Below, piece after piece: positions 28,330 to 37,312 of a DNA stretch of 64,000 nt (the stretch's first letter is position 1; each line of letters starts with the position of its first letter). A program made the position numbers and the translations under genes. The notes below the pieces were generated by a model. The model saw nothing but the letters and a program-made list of their open reading frames with translations, did no database searches and was not told the origin of the DNA. This stretch comes from Candidatus Peregrinibacteria bacterium (lineage in GTDB: Bacteria; Patescibacteriota; Gracilibacteria; UBA1369; PNNO01), in NCBI GenBank assembly GCA_016928915.1, contig JAFGJT010000009.1, positions 60,347 through 124,346 of the forward strand, written 5' to 3'.

Positions 28330-31300
28330 TTAGACGCTGCTGTCTGTGGCCGTTGAAGATGATTTTCCTCCCGAAGGTGTGTCTTTTGGAGGAGGCTGAT
28401 CGGATGGCGTGGCTTCTTTTGTCGGAGGAGAAGGCGGCTGGTTTGGTTTTTGCACCCAAATGCCGAGCCCCACTGTAAGCCATGCGGCTTCTTTTCGCTG
28501 TACGCCTTTAACCAATACATTTCTTTTTGCGTATGCTCCGGTCCATGGAACCGCAAGTTTTTTGCTGGTTGTAATCGCAAATCTTTGCCGCGAAATGATT
28601 GTTCCGTTGGCGCATTTTAGGTACGGCCCCGCCATTACTTTTGTATCGTTCGTGATTGTAAACTCTTTATATTTATAAGTTTTTTCACCGTTTAACTGGG
28701 CGTTTCTTACACCGAGAACAAGTTTGTGGAATTCGTTAAAGGCCGCGGCGTTTTGGGGGTCAATTAATAGTTTATTAACATCTGCTATATTATGTTGTCG
28801 GGCATATTTATATATTGCGGTAAGTCTTACAAAATTATCTTTGCCGAGCACTTCTATCATCGGGTAAATGCCGGAATTTTTGTCGTAAAGCGATATCAAA
28901 GAAAGTGCAAGATCTGAATTTAAAAACTCCATTTTTTCCTGTGCGGTTGTCAGAGTTTCTTTCATATTAAGAGGGGAAAGCAGATTTAATACCATTTGTG
29001 CGGCTGCTTTTTGCCTTGCATCAAGCGCATTTAAATTTAAAGTGGTCGGACCGAAAACCTTGAAAAATCTATTCTGTATTTCATTTGTATTTGAAATTCC
29101 GTAGACAGAAGGCACGGCTTCTCCGCCTGTTTTTCGCGTAAATGACATGAATTTCATGTTTTCCGTAATCTGCTGCGGCTTTGTTAATTTGCTTCTCAAC
29201 TGTGTGTAATCCTGCGGCATACACTGGAACAGATAATTCGCAATAACTTCAGGTGTTGCTTCGGGGTAAGCTTTTTGAACCTCCTTCCAGGCCTGTGCGT
29301 TTTGAGTTCTCCACTCATTGATATAACGTATCATGTACTGCCTGAAAGCTGCGTTTCGTCTTTCAAGCGATTCATTTATTTGTCTTTCCGAAGCCTTGTT
29401 TCTTCCGGCTTCTTTTTCAATGGCGGTAAAACTCAAATCAATAAGAATTGAATATAAAATGTTCATTTCATAATCATTAAGCGGTTTTGCTCCTTCAAAC
29501 TTTCCTTTTGCATAATCCTTTTGCAGTTTTGTAAAAATGATTTTTCTGTTCGCAGCGGCATTAGCCATGGTTTCTCTTGTGATGAGCCTTGTAAAAAACT
29601 TTCTGTTTTTTGCAAACCAGCTGGCTCCAAAATTTGCAACATATTTCCCATTCTCCTGTGACATACTGAACTGCTCAGGACCTTTAACGCTTAGGGCCGT
29701 ATCCATTTTGCCGCTTAAATCCTGATATTCCTGCTTGCTGATTGCCCCAATGTTTTCAAATTTTTCAAATCTGGCCCCTTTTCTTTCTCTGTCTTTGTAT
29801 TCTTTCAGAGTCATCACATTCGCATCGGCTTTTGTAAAATCGCGTGTTGATTCGCCTTTAACAAGCTGATATCTTTGTCCGTCTCTCTTATATATATAAT
29901 AAGGAGATTGATTTCTTATTGTGCCGGTATCTCTTTCGGTGCTTGTTTTTAGTGTAATAATAGTTAAATTCATTCCTTTATGATGAGCGAACGGAAAAGC
30001 AATTTGTTTTCGGGCAATCATAAGAACATCAAGTGCGCTTGCTGCCAGCAAAATGCGCTGGGGGGTGCTGTCGTTGTCCAATACAAGTCCTTTGCTTTTT
30101 AAATCCGGATCAAGCTGGAATTCAACATTGCTTCCTTCAATTCTTAAAGGAATAAGCTCAACAAAATTGCCAACAAGCCTCACTTCAATGTCTATATCTT
30201 TGAAAACGCGTTTAATAAGTTCAAAACTTGAACTTGGATACGTTTTTGTTTCCGTGCTGTTCTTTACTTGACCTACTCTGGCAAGTCCCTTTCCGCCCAT
30301 GCGCGAATCAAAATACAATAATGCGTTTTCTCCTTTTAATTCAAAACCTTCAATAACATGAACCGGTTTTTTTAACTGTGCGCTTAAGTCTCTTTCAGCA
30401 TCCTTTTCCTGCTTGAACTGATTAAATCTTCCAACAACATGACGCACTGCAACTATTTCCTGAGTCCACGGCACCTGGAATGTTAAATAGAATCCTCCGC
30501 CACCACCCGGTATTCCATGTTTTGATACTCCTATCCCCGCCGCTAATCCGAATTCTTTAGCCCACGGAAGTTCCTGATTGCGGCCGCATGCATTGATTAT
30601 TTTATCTTTAGTTCTTTCCCAGCATGCATATAAAATTTTATCCGGGCATCCTCCGGCGTTTTTAAATGTATTGTCAAGATAAGTAACCAATCTTTGTACA
30701 TTTATATTGGGATGATTTCTGATTCTTCTGATTTTTTCCGGATTGAATCCTGAAATCGCTTCAATTTCTCTGAATTTATCCATTTCATATTTTATTTTGC
30801 CCTGCAGGTTTTTTTCCTGATCCCATTTCCAGTAAAGACCGACTGAAACGCCCACGCCTCCCGGAAGGCTCGCTCCCGCGCCGGCTATAACACCGATTGC
30901 ATTATCTTTGGCTTTACCCACATCAATTTCGGTTCCCGCATATGCCGCTCCTCCAAGAGCCCATCCTGAATCTTTTATCCATCCTGCTCCGGCGCCGGCT
31001 CCAATAAACACTTTCATTCGTCCTTTTTTGTAGGCGTATTGAATCGCGCTTCCTATTCCGACACCCTGCTGAAGACCCGCTATCGCTATACTTGCATGCA
31101 CTTCATGACCATTAGGATTTTTGTATTTTAAAGTCACTCCAACGCCTCCTCCCACGCCGACTTTTTTATCACTGTTTACCAGCGCTCCGAGAGCCGCCTT
31201 AAAATCAACCTCAACTTTTGGCATTTGATTTAAAGCCATGCCCTGTTTAACAAGCGCTTCCTGGGCTTTTCGTATATTGGGGTCGTTTGAGAAATACTGG

Positions 31301-33915
31301 TCTTGAACATCAACATTTTGGATTGTTTCAATATATCGCGCTTCAAGAAAACCGAGTCTTATAAATTTAATAACACTGGGAGATAAAGAAGAATCCAGCG
31401 ATTTTATTCTTATTTTGTTTATAAGGTTTGCAACATTTTCCTGAAGGATTTTTTCATTTTCCGCTTTGTTTGCTCCAAATGGTTTAAACCCGCTGTATAC
31501 GCCGAATTCTTTTTTAAGCTTTTCCATAATTTCGTTTGCCTTTGCTGTGTCTCCGGCATTTACAATTGATATTCTTATGCCGTGTTCAAGGTACTGGTTA
31601 GCCAGATTAACTGCGGCATTTTTATCTTCAATTCTGTACATTCCGGTTTCTCCTGTTCTTTTGGCAAGTTTTTCCATCATGTCCATAAAACCTCTTTTTT
31701 CAACAGCTTCAAGTTCAAAATCATTGCGTCCATATGTCTTTTTATTCAATTTGCTCATATCAACATATTTTGTTTTTGCCCATTCCCAGTGCCAAAAACG
31801 CGACCAATTGCTTCTTAAATTGTTTTGAACGCTTGTTCTGTCACTATCAAATATTTTTTTAATAAAACTTACTGATTTTGTATGATTTGACTTATCCAGC
31901 TCACCTCTTATTATTTCCCAGGAATGTGAATTCATGGGATGAAGTCCTTTTTCTTTTAGAATTTGCAGCGAAGTTGAGAGCCAGCTTGAGTTTTTGGGCG
32001 CTTTAGTCAAAATATATCTGTTTTCATCAACCTTTTTTATGAATCCCATTTTAACCATGTTTTCAAAACCATAAGCCCAGAACATAAATTTAACCGGATC
32101 AAGGCCGATCGCCCCTATGTCGGAGCTTCTTACTCTGTCCGGCGGCAGGTCTTTGCCTTCTTTATATTGCGACATAACCTGTGCTTTGATATTTGCCGGA
32201 ACAATCATTTTAATATCCGCGGCCTGTCTTTCCTGACCGAATTGCAATTCATAAAGTGGATATGTGTCATATCCGCCTTTTTTTTGTTCGTAAGCTTTGT
32301 TAATTTGATCTTTTTCATCTGCACTGGCTTCCGGAATATTTAAAAATACTGTCCTTGAAAGCTCTTCTCTTGGGCTTTCCTGCCTCGCGTTTAAGGGCTC
32401 CATTGTTTTAAGAGCTTCATACACACGCGCAATCGCAACCCCTATATTAAAGATTGTAGTTAACTGTTTGTTTTGTTCGGGTGTTAATTGTCCTTTTTCT
32501 TTTAACGCATAAAGGCGTTTATAGTCCTTAATATATTGTTTATATCCGCCTTTATAAAGCTCAATTCCTTCATTAAAAAAGTCTTTGCCTTGTATTTCGG
32601 ACGACCATACAGAGCCTATTACACGACGCATATATGTTTTTTGGTCCGTGGGGCTCATTAAATTATACGGCGGTTCGGATAAAATTCTTGATATAACCTG
32701 GCTTCTGTCAAACCATTTTTCAAAATCTTTTGTGGATTGCAGATATTTATGACCTCTGAAATGGTCGGATTTCATAATATAATCATAGTACTCGCTAAAG
32801 AGCCTGTTTTTGCGTCCGCTCATTTGCGCTTCGCGTGCTTCACGGGCCTTTTCGGTTTCTTTTCTCTCCTTAACTTGTGTTGTTAATGCTTCAGCAGGTT
32901 TTACAGCAGGCGCACGCGCGGATTCATACCGGACCAAAGATACCGTCGTTCCGTCAAAGATTTTTGCGCGGTTTATATTGCCTTTTTTATCATAAATCAC
33001 ATTTCCGTTAACATCGCATTTATAAAATGAATTTTGATAATAAGTTGCATAGTAAGGTTTTCCTTTTGTGTCTTGAACCTGAATAATTATTCTTACATTT
33101 CCGGATTCAAGGTCTCTTAAATTAAAAACATCATGAATTCTTGTGGTTTTCTGAAGGTTATAGTCAAGCCTTCCTTTAGAATTTTTAAAATTAATTTTAT
33201 ATACGCCCAATTGGCCTTCAATCGGCATAATCGTACGGTTTGCCTGAGCGCTGTTTAAAAGTTTATTTAGAGTAACATGGGCGTTAACATTCTTTTTTGC
33301 ATCAGACAGCCTTTTTTCAATTCCGGCGATTATTCTTTGTTTGGCTGCCTCATGTCTTTCAAGCACTTTAAAATGTTCGGAATGCTGTTTTAAATCTATT
33401 GAAATTAGCGTTGCTTCATTGTTCGTTTTTGTGGATATTAAATTAACTTTCCCGTTTACTAAAACAAGTTTTAACGAATCGGCAGTATTAATTTTTGGCA
33501 GAATTTCTTTCTCAAATTTGTCGCGGTTTTTATTTGCAAAGCCTATTATTCCCTTTTTCAGACTTGCTGCCATTAATTTTTTGAATTCATTAGAAACGTT
33601 TAAACCCTTTATTAATTCACATCCTTCATTATAGATAAAAGGTAAACGCCCCTTTGTATTAAGATATTTTTTATTCAGTGCCTTTTCTCCGCGGCTGTTT
33701 TCTACTACTGTCTTAAACTTCAACGCCTTTTTCATATGCTGTTGTCCTTTTTCTTTTTCAAGTTTTATAAAAGCCTTTTGTTCTTCTCTTGTAGCGCCCT
33801 GCTTTTCGGGTGCATTTCTAGACGTTTGTGCTTTTGTATGCCAAACGGGTCTTTGTTCTTTGCTTAAAGAAAACTTGTTAAGTCTTGAAAGAATTATATT
33901 TTTCAGAAGTTTCAT
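28330..33915 (-). CDS. Orphan giant protein (1861 aa): no signal peptide, central glycine-zipper region, C-terminal hydrophobic segment plus Pro/Ser/Thr tail
   Basis: An uninterrupted 5.6-kb ORF. I see no P-loop, HExxH or other catalytic motif. The Gly-rich core reads VGVGGGVGV...GAGAGAGW...GVIAGAGASLPGGVGVSVG...GIPGGGGGF, and the C-terminus reads AAWLTVGLGIWVQKPNQPPSPP.... Confidence 0.88.
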   Translation of the reverse strand: MKLLKNIILSRLNKFSLSKEQRPVWHTKAQTSRNAPEKQGATREEQKAFIKLEKEKGQQHMKKALKFKTVVENSRGEKALNKKYLNTKGRLPFIYNEGCELIKGLNVSNEFKKLMAASLKKGIIGFANKNRDKFEKEILPKINTADSLKLVLVNGKVNLISTKTNNEATLISIDLKQHSEHFKVLERHEAAKQRIIAGIEKRLSDAKKNVNAHVTLNKLLNSAQANRTIMPIEGQLGVYKINFKNSKGRLDYNLQKTTRIHDVFNLRDLESGNVRIIIQVQDTKGKPYYATYYQNSFYKCDVNGNVIYDKKGNINRAKIFDGTTVSLVRYESARAPAVKPAEALTTQVKERKETEKAREAREAQMSGRKNRLFSEYYDYIMKSDHFRGHKYLQSTKDFEKWFDRSQVISRILSEPPYNLMSPTDQKTYMRRVIGSVWSSEIQGKDFFNEGIELYKGGYKQYIKDYKRLYALKEKGQLTPEQNKQLTTIFNIGVAIARVYEALKTMEPLNARQESPREELSRTVFLNIPEASADEKDQINKAYEQKKGGYDTYPLYELQFGQERQAADIKMIVPANIKAQVMSQYKEGKDLPPDRVRSSDIGAIGLDPVKFMFWAYGFENMVKMGFIKKVDENRYILTKAPKNSSWLSTSLQILKEKGLHPMNSHSWEIIRGELDKSNHTKSVSFIKKIFDSDRTSVQNNLRSNWSRFWHWEWAKTKYVDMSKLNKKTYGRNDFELEAVEKRGFMDMMEKLAKRTGETGMYRIEDKNAAVNLANQYLEHGIRISIVNAGDTAKANEIMEKLKKEFGVYSGFKPFGANKAENEKILQENVANLINKIRIKSLDSSLSPSVIKFIRLGFLEARYIETIQNVDVQDQYFSNDPNIRKAQEALVKQGMALNQMPKVEVDFKAALGALVNSDKKVGVGGGVGVTLKYKNPNGHEVHASIAIAGLQQGVGIGSAIQYAYKKGRMKVFIGAGAGAGWIKDSGWALGGAAYAGTEIDVGKAKDNAIGVIAGAGASLPGGVGVSVGLYWKWDQEKNLQGKIKYEMDKFREIEAISGFNPEKIRRIRNHPNINVQRLVTYLDNTFKNAGGCPDKILYACWERTKDKIINACGRNQELPWAKEFGLAAGIGVSKHGIPGGGGGFYLTFQVPWTQEIVAVRHVVGRFNQFKQEKDAERDLSAQLKKPVHVIEGFELKGENALLYFDSRMGGKGLARVGQVKNSTETKTYPSSSFELIKRVFKDIDIEVRLVGNFVELIPLRIEGSNVEFQLDPDLKSKGLVLDNDSTPQRILLAASALDVLMIARKQIAFPFAHHKGMNLTIITLKTSTERDTGTIRNQSPYYIYKRDGQRYQLVKGESTRDFTKADANVMTLKEYKDRERKGARFEKFENIGAISKQEYQDLSGKMDTALSVKGPEQFSMSQENGKYVANFGASWFAKNRKFFTRLITRETMANAAANRKIIFTKLQKDYAKGKFEGAKPLNDYEMNILYSILIDLSFTAIEKEAGRNKASERQINESLERRNAAFRQYMIRYINEWRTQNAQAWKEVQKAYPEATPEVIANYLFQCMPQDYTQLRSKLTKPQQITENMKFMSFTRKTGGEAVPSVYGISNTNEIQNRFFKVFGPTTLNLNALDARQKAAAQMVLNLLSPLNMKETLTTAQEKMEFLNSDLALSLISLYDKNSGIYPMIEVLGKDNFVRLTAIYKYARQHNIADVNKLLIDPQNAAAFNEFHKLVLGVRNAQLNGEKTYKYKEFTITNDTKVMAGPYLKCANGTIISRQRFAITTSKKLAVPWTGAYAKRNVLVKGVQRKEAAWLTVGLGIWVQKPNQPPSPPTKEATPSDQPPPKDTPSGGKSSSTATDSSV

Positions 33916-33951
33916 GTTTTTAGTTTTTAAGTTTTATTTTTATATCATATT

Positions 33952-33980
33952 AGTATACCAAAAATTCAACTTTGGGTCAA
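33952..33980 (-). promoter_or_regulatory. Sigma-70-type promoter of the giant-protein operon
   Basis: On the minus strand: -35 TTGACC (33980-33975), a 17-nt spacer, and a TGg-extended -10 TATACT (33957-33952). It lies about 36 nt upstream of the ATG at 33915. Confidence 0.6.
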
Positions 33981-34019
33981 TTAAAACCTGTGGTACATTG
34001 TTTGTGTATTTTAACTGTT

Positions 34020-34685
34020 ATGATAATGAAACCGCCCGTTATTTTTATTAATTTTAAGGCTTATAAATCCGCAACCGGTGAAAATGCCTTAAAAATGGCG
34101 AGAAAATTTGAAAAAATCGCCCGAAAATTCAGAATTTCAGTTGTTTTATGCGTGCAGAATGTTGATTTGTATCGCGTTTCGCAGGCTGTGGCAATTCCGG
34201 TTTTTGCCCAGCATGCAGACAACATTGAATATGGTGCACATACCGGATATGTACTGCCCGAAGCTTTAAAACAAAACGGCGCTTACGGAACGCTTTTAAA
34301 TCATGCCGAGCACCAAATTTCGGATGAATCACTTAAAAGTTCTATAGAAAGAGCAAAACAGGCCGGACTTTTTACGCTTGTATGTGCAAACACTCCTGGA
34401 AAAGCAGGTAAAATTTTAAAATATAACCCGGATTTTGTTGCTGTTGAGCCTCCCGAGCTGATCGGGGGGGATATCTCGGTTTCAAAGGCAAAACCCGAGG
34501 TTATTAAAAAAGCGGTAAAAATTGCTGGTCAAAAGAAATTAATAGTTGGAGCCGGTATAAAAACAGGGGAGGATGTTAAAATCGCCGTAAAATTTGGAGC
34601 GGCGGGAGTTCTTGTGGCTTCCGGCGTTGTACAAGCCCAAAATCCTCAAAAAGCCTTAATAGATCTTGCAAAGGGACTTTTATAA
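34020..34685 (+). CDS. tpiA: Triosephosphate isomerase, archaeal-type (short form)
   Basis: M(IM)KPPVIFINFKAY..., VFAQHAD, GTLLNHAEH, AVEPPELIGGDISVSKAKPEVI, GAGIKTGEDV. It aligns by eye with archaeal TIMs and lacks the bacterial GNWKMN and AYEPVWAIGTG motifs. The start is 34020 or 34026. Confidence 0.88.
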   Translation: MIMKPPVIFINFKAYKSATGENALKMARKFEKIARKFRISVVLCVQNVDLYRVSQAVAIPVFAQHADNIEYGAHTGYVLPEALKQNGAYGTLLNHAEHQISDESLKSSIERAKQAGLFTLVCANTPGKAGKILKYNPDFVAVEPPELIGGDISVSKAKPEVIKKAVKIAGQKKLIVGAGIKTGEDVKIAVKFGAAGVLVASGVVQAQNPQKALIDLAKGLL

Positions 34686-34726
34686 CAATATACTTTTTAA
34701 GTAATAATTCTTTAAAAAATTATATC

Positions 34727-35299
34727 ATGCAGATTCAGTTAGTAAGCAATTCAATCACACTCGGCGACAACCAGAAGGATTACATAAACGAGAAAATCGA
34801 GAATTTGTCCAAATACGAGCAGCGCGTTGCCGATGAAGCCACTCTTGTGAGAGTTGATGTTGAAAAACGAAAGGTGCGATCGGGAGATCAAAAAATTACC
34901 ACTCAGATAACAATGTATGTTCCGCATGCGGTTATACGCGCCGAGGTGCACGGTATAAATGTTGAAGAGACGGTTGATCTTGCTGTTGATAAATTAAAAA
35001 AGCAGATAGAAAGATATAAAACAAAAAAACACAGAAGAGAGAAGGGCGGTAAATTAATGCCGGAATCAACACTGGAAGCTGTTTCACAAAGCGGGGTGTC
35101 GGAAGAAATGATGGAGCAGATTGTTAAGAGAAAAAAATATAAAAATGTTGAGCCCATGCGTGAGGATGAAGCTGTTGAGCAGATGGATCTTTTAGGTCAT
35201 GATTTTTTTGCATTTGTGAACTCGGACACGAATCTATTTTCGGTTGTTTACAGAAGGCAGGACGGGGACTACGGTCTGATTGAACTTGAAAAGAAATAA
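34727..35299 (+). CDS. hpf: Ribosome hibernation promoting factor (long HPF)
   Basis: 190 aa with an N-terminal S30AE/RaiA domain and a C-terminal dimerisation domain (PMREDEAVEQMDLLGHDFFAFVNSDTNLFSVVYRRQDGDYGLIE). Confidence 0.9.
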   Translation: MQIQLVSNSITLGDNQKDYINEKIENLSKYEQRVADEATLVRVDVEKRKVRSGDQKITTQITMYVPHAVIRAEVHGINVEETVDLAVDKLKKQIERYKTKKHRREKGGKLMPESTLEAVSQSGVSEEMMEQIVKRKKYKNVEPMREDEAVEQMDLLGHDFFAFVNSDTNLFSVVYRRQDGDYGLIELEKK

Positions 35300-35311
35300 A
35301 CATTTACCAAT

Positions 35312-36709
35312 ATGATAGAAACCATAATATTTATTGTCCTTTACGGGATATGGCTTGCAGTTGCCGTTAAATACACCAAATATTCGGTTCTTCTTTTGCC
35401 GGTTTTTTTCCCTTTGTACCTTTTTAAAATCACTGTTTTAGGAGTGCCGCTTTATTTTATTGAGGGCCTGATTGTTATTGCGGCAATTCCTGTTTTTGTG
35501 AAAATATTAATCGGCCGTGATGATCAGCTGTTAAAGGAAAAATTTTTTAAAAAATTTTTACACATAATTAAGAATTTTTTTCAGCCCAAGCCGAGAGCGT
35601 TTAATGATTTTTTAAAATCGCCGTATTTGCCGACCGTGCTTTTTTTGATTGCATGCCTTGTTTCAGCGGTTATTGTCCCTGCGGATGGATCAAAACAGGC
35701 TCTTGGCATTTTAAAGAGCTGGATAATTATACCTCTTGTTTATTTTATTCTGCTCATGCATTCAATAAGGTCTCTAAAAGATTTAAACACGGCTTTATAT
35801 TCATATATAGCATCGTCGGTTTTTTTATGCTTGTGGGGAATGTTTCAGGCTTTATCCGGCAGCTACATTACCATAGACAACAGGGTGTCAGGTCCTTTTG
35901 AATCGGCAAATTATCTTGCCATGTATATCACTCCTGCTTTTGTATATTGCATGGTGCGCTTTTTACGGTCTTTTATCCATAATAAATTCGAAACAGCCAC
36001 TGTTAAATGGAATAAATTTGAAAACGGCATTTATATCGGTGTTCTTGTTGCGCTTTTTTTAACAGTACTTGTTTTAACGCAGTCATATGGAGGTATCGCC
36101 GGTTCTTTTGCGGCTATTTTTATTTATATAATATATGAGAGGTTTAAAGTAAAAGAAAAGCAAAGCAAAAAATTTCTTAACAGATTTATTTTATTTATAT
36201 TAACCATTTTTTTGCTGGGCGGCACGTTGACCGTTGTTTTAAACTATGAAAAATTTGAAAATCTTGCAAAATTCGACGACCATACATCAATTTCAACCCG
36301 CATTGAAATATGGAAGGTAGGTTACGATTTGATAAAGGAAAATCCACTATTTGGCATAGGTTTGGGTCAGTATGAAAAACGATACGCCTCTGATGCCCAG
36401 AGAATTCTTGGAGAAAAACCTTTTGAAGAAACACGTTTGCACTCTCATAATTTGTTTATGGAATTCTGGCTTCAGTCAGGCCTGATCGGGCTTTTGAGTT
36501 TTGTATGGCTGTTGATTTTAGCGTACAGACAAGTTTATTACAATCTGCCTCCGAACAATAAAAAAAGCATGATCGTTTTAATAATAATGTTAACGTATAT
36601 CATGTTTCATGGTCTTATTGACGTGCCTTTCTGGAAAAATGACCTGGCGCTTATATTGTGGACTGTTTTAGCGGGGATTTTCGCGCTGAACAAAGCAGAT
36701 GTGCATTAA
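35312..36709 (+). CDS. O-antigen ligase/polymerase family (Wzy_C) membrane protein
   Basis: 465 aa and polytopic, with an extracytoplasmic loop containing RIEIWKVGYDLIKENPLFGIGLGQY and HSHNLFMEFWLQSGLIGLL. Confidence 0.8.
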   Translation: MIETIIFIVLYGIWLAVAVKYTKYSVLLLPVFFPLYLFKITVLGVPLYFIEGLIVIAAIPVFVKILIGRDDQLLKEKFFKKFLHIIKNFFQPKPRAFNDFLKSPYLPTVLFLIACLVSAVIVPADGSKQALGILKSWIIIPLVYFILLMHSIRSLKDLNTALYSYIASSVFLCLWGMFQALSGSYITIDNRVSGPFESANYLAMYITPAFVYCMVRFLRSFIHNKFETATVKWNKFENGIYIGVLVALFLTVLVLTQSYGGIAGSFAAIFIYIIYERFKVKEKQSKKFLNRFILFILTIFLLGGTLTVVLNYEKFENLAKFDDHTSISTRIEIWKVGYDLIKENPLFGIGLGQYEKRYASDAQRILGEKPFEETRLHSHNLFMEFWLQSGLIGLLSFVWLLILAYRQVYYNLPPNNKKSMIVLIIMLTYIMFHGLIDVPFWKNDLALILWTVLAGIFALNKADVH

Positions 36710-36892
36710 TTTTTGCTCTTATATATTCTCGCCAAGTTTTTTGTGTCAGCGTCAATAATGCTTTGTTTTTGCAGATTTCCGTGAGGTCAATTGTCCCGAC
36801 TCTATCTTGCATGCCGGCATGATTAAGCTCTTCCTGAGCAATTGTATATAATTCTCCGATTGATGTAATATGCATATGGTTTGGTATTATAA

Positions 36893-37312
36893 GTGCCTAT
36901 TATGATACAATTAGCGCAGTCTGTCAATAGGGAAATGGAGTTGGAATTAAAAGCAAAAGTTATTAAAGGTGCGGGGCTTGGAAAGAAATACGGATTTCCC
37001 ACTATCAATTTAAAGCCTTTGGTTAACACCGAACATACTCCGCCCGGGATTTATATCTGCGCAATTTTTATAAATAAACAAAAATATAATGGTGTAATGC
37101 ACTGCGGCCCAAAATCAATCGGGTCAAATGATATAAATAAAATATACTTTGAAGTCCATATTTTTGATTTTAATCAAAATATTTACGGAAAAAATGTTAT
37201 TATTCATCTATTGAAAAAAATTCGCGAAGTGCGTAAATTCAAAGATGTTAATGCTTTAATCAGGCAGATAAAAAATGATATAAAATTCACTAAAAAATAT
37301 TTTAATGCTTAA
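36893..37312 (+). CDS. Stand-alone riboflavin kinase (RibF C-terminal-domain type)
   Basis: KGAGLGKKYGFPTINL, a PGIYI motif, and FEVHIFDFNQNIYGKNVIIHLLKKIREVRKF. There is no FMN adenylyltransferase domain upstream. The start is uncertain and could be the ATG for MELELK. Confidence 0.8.
   Translation: MPIMIQLAQSVNREMELELKAKVIKGAGLGKKYGFPTINLKPLVNTEHTPPGIYICAIFINKQKYNGVMHCGPKSIGSNDINKIYFEVHIFDFNQNIYGKNVIIHLLKKIREVRKFKDVNALIRQIKNDIKFTKKYFNA

Noticed and set aside
36651-36875. A 74-aa minus-strand ORF lies in the 183-nt gap between the O-antigen ligase gene and the riboflavin kinase gene.
   Set aside because: It overlaps the ligase 3' end by 59 nt, has no recognisable family or upstream signals, and its length is typical of chance ORFs. 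I also looked for an FMN (RFN) riboswitch in this gap and did not see its conserved core.
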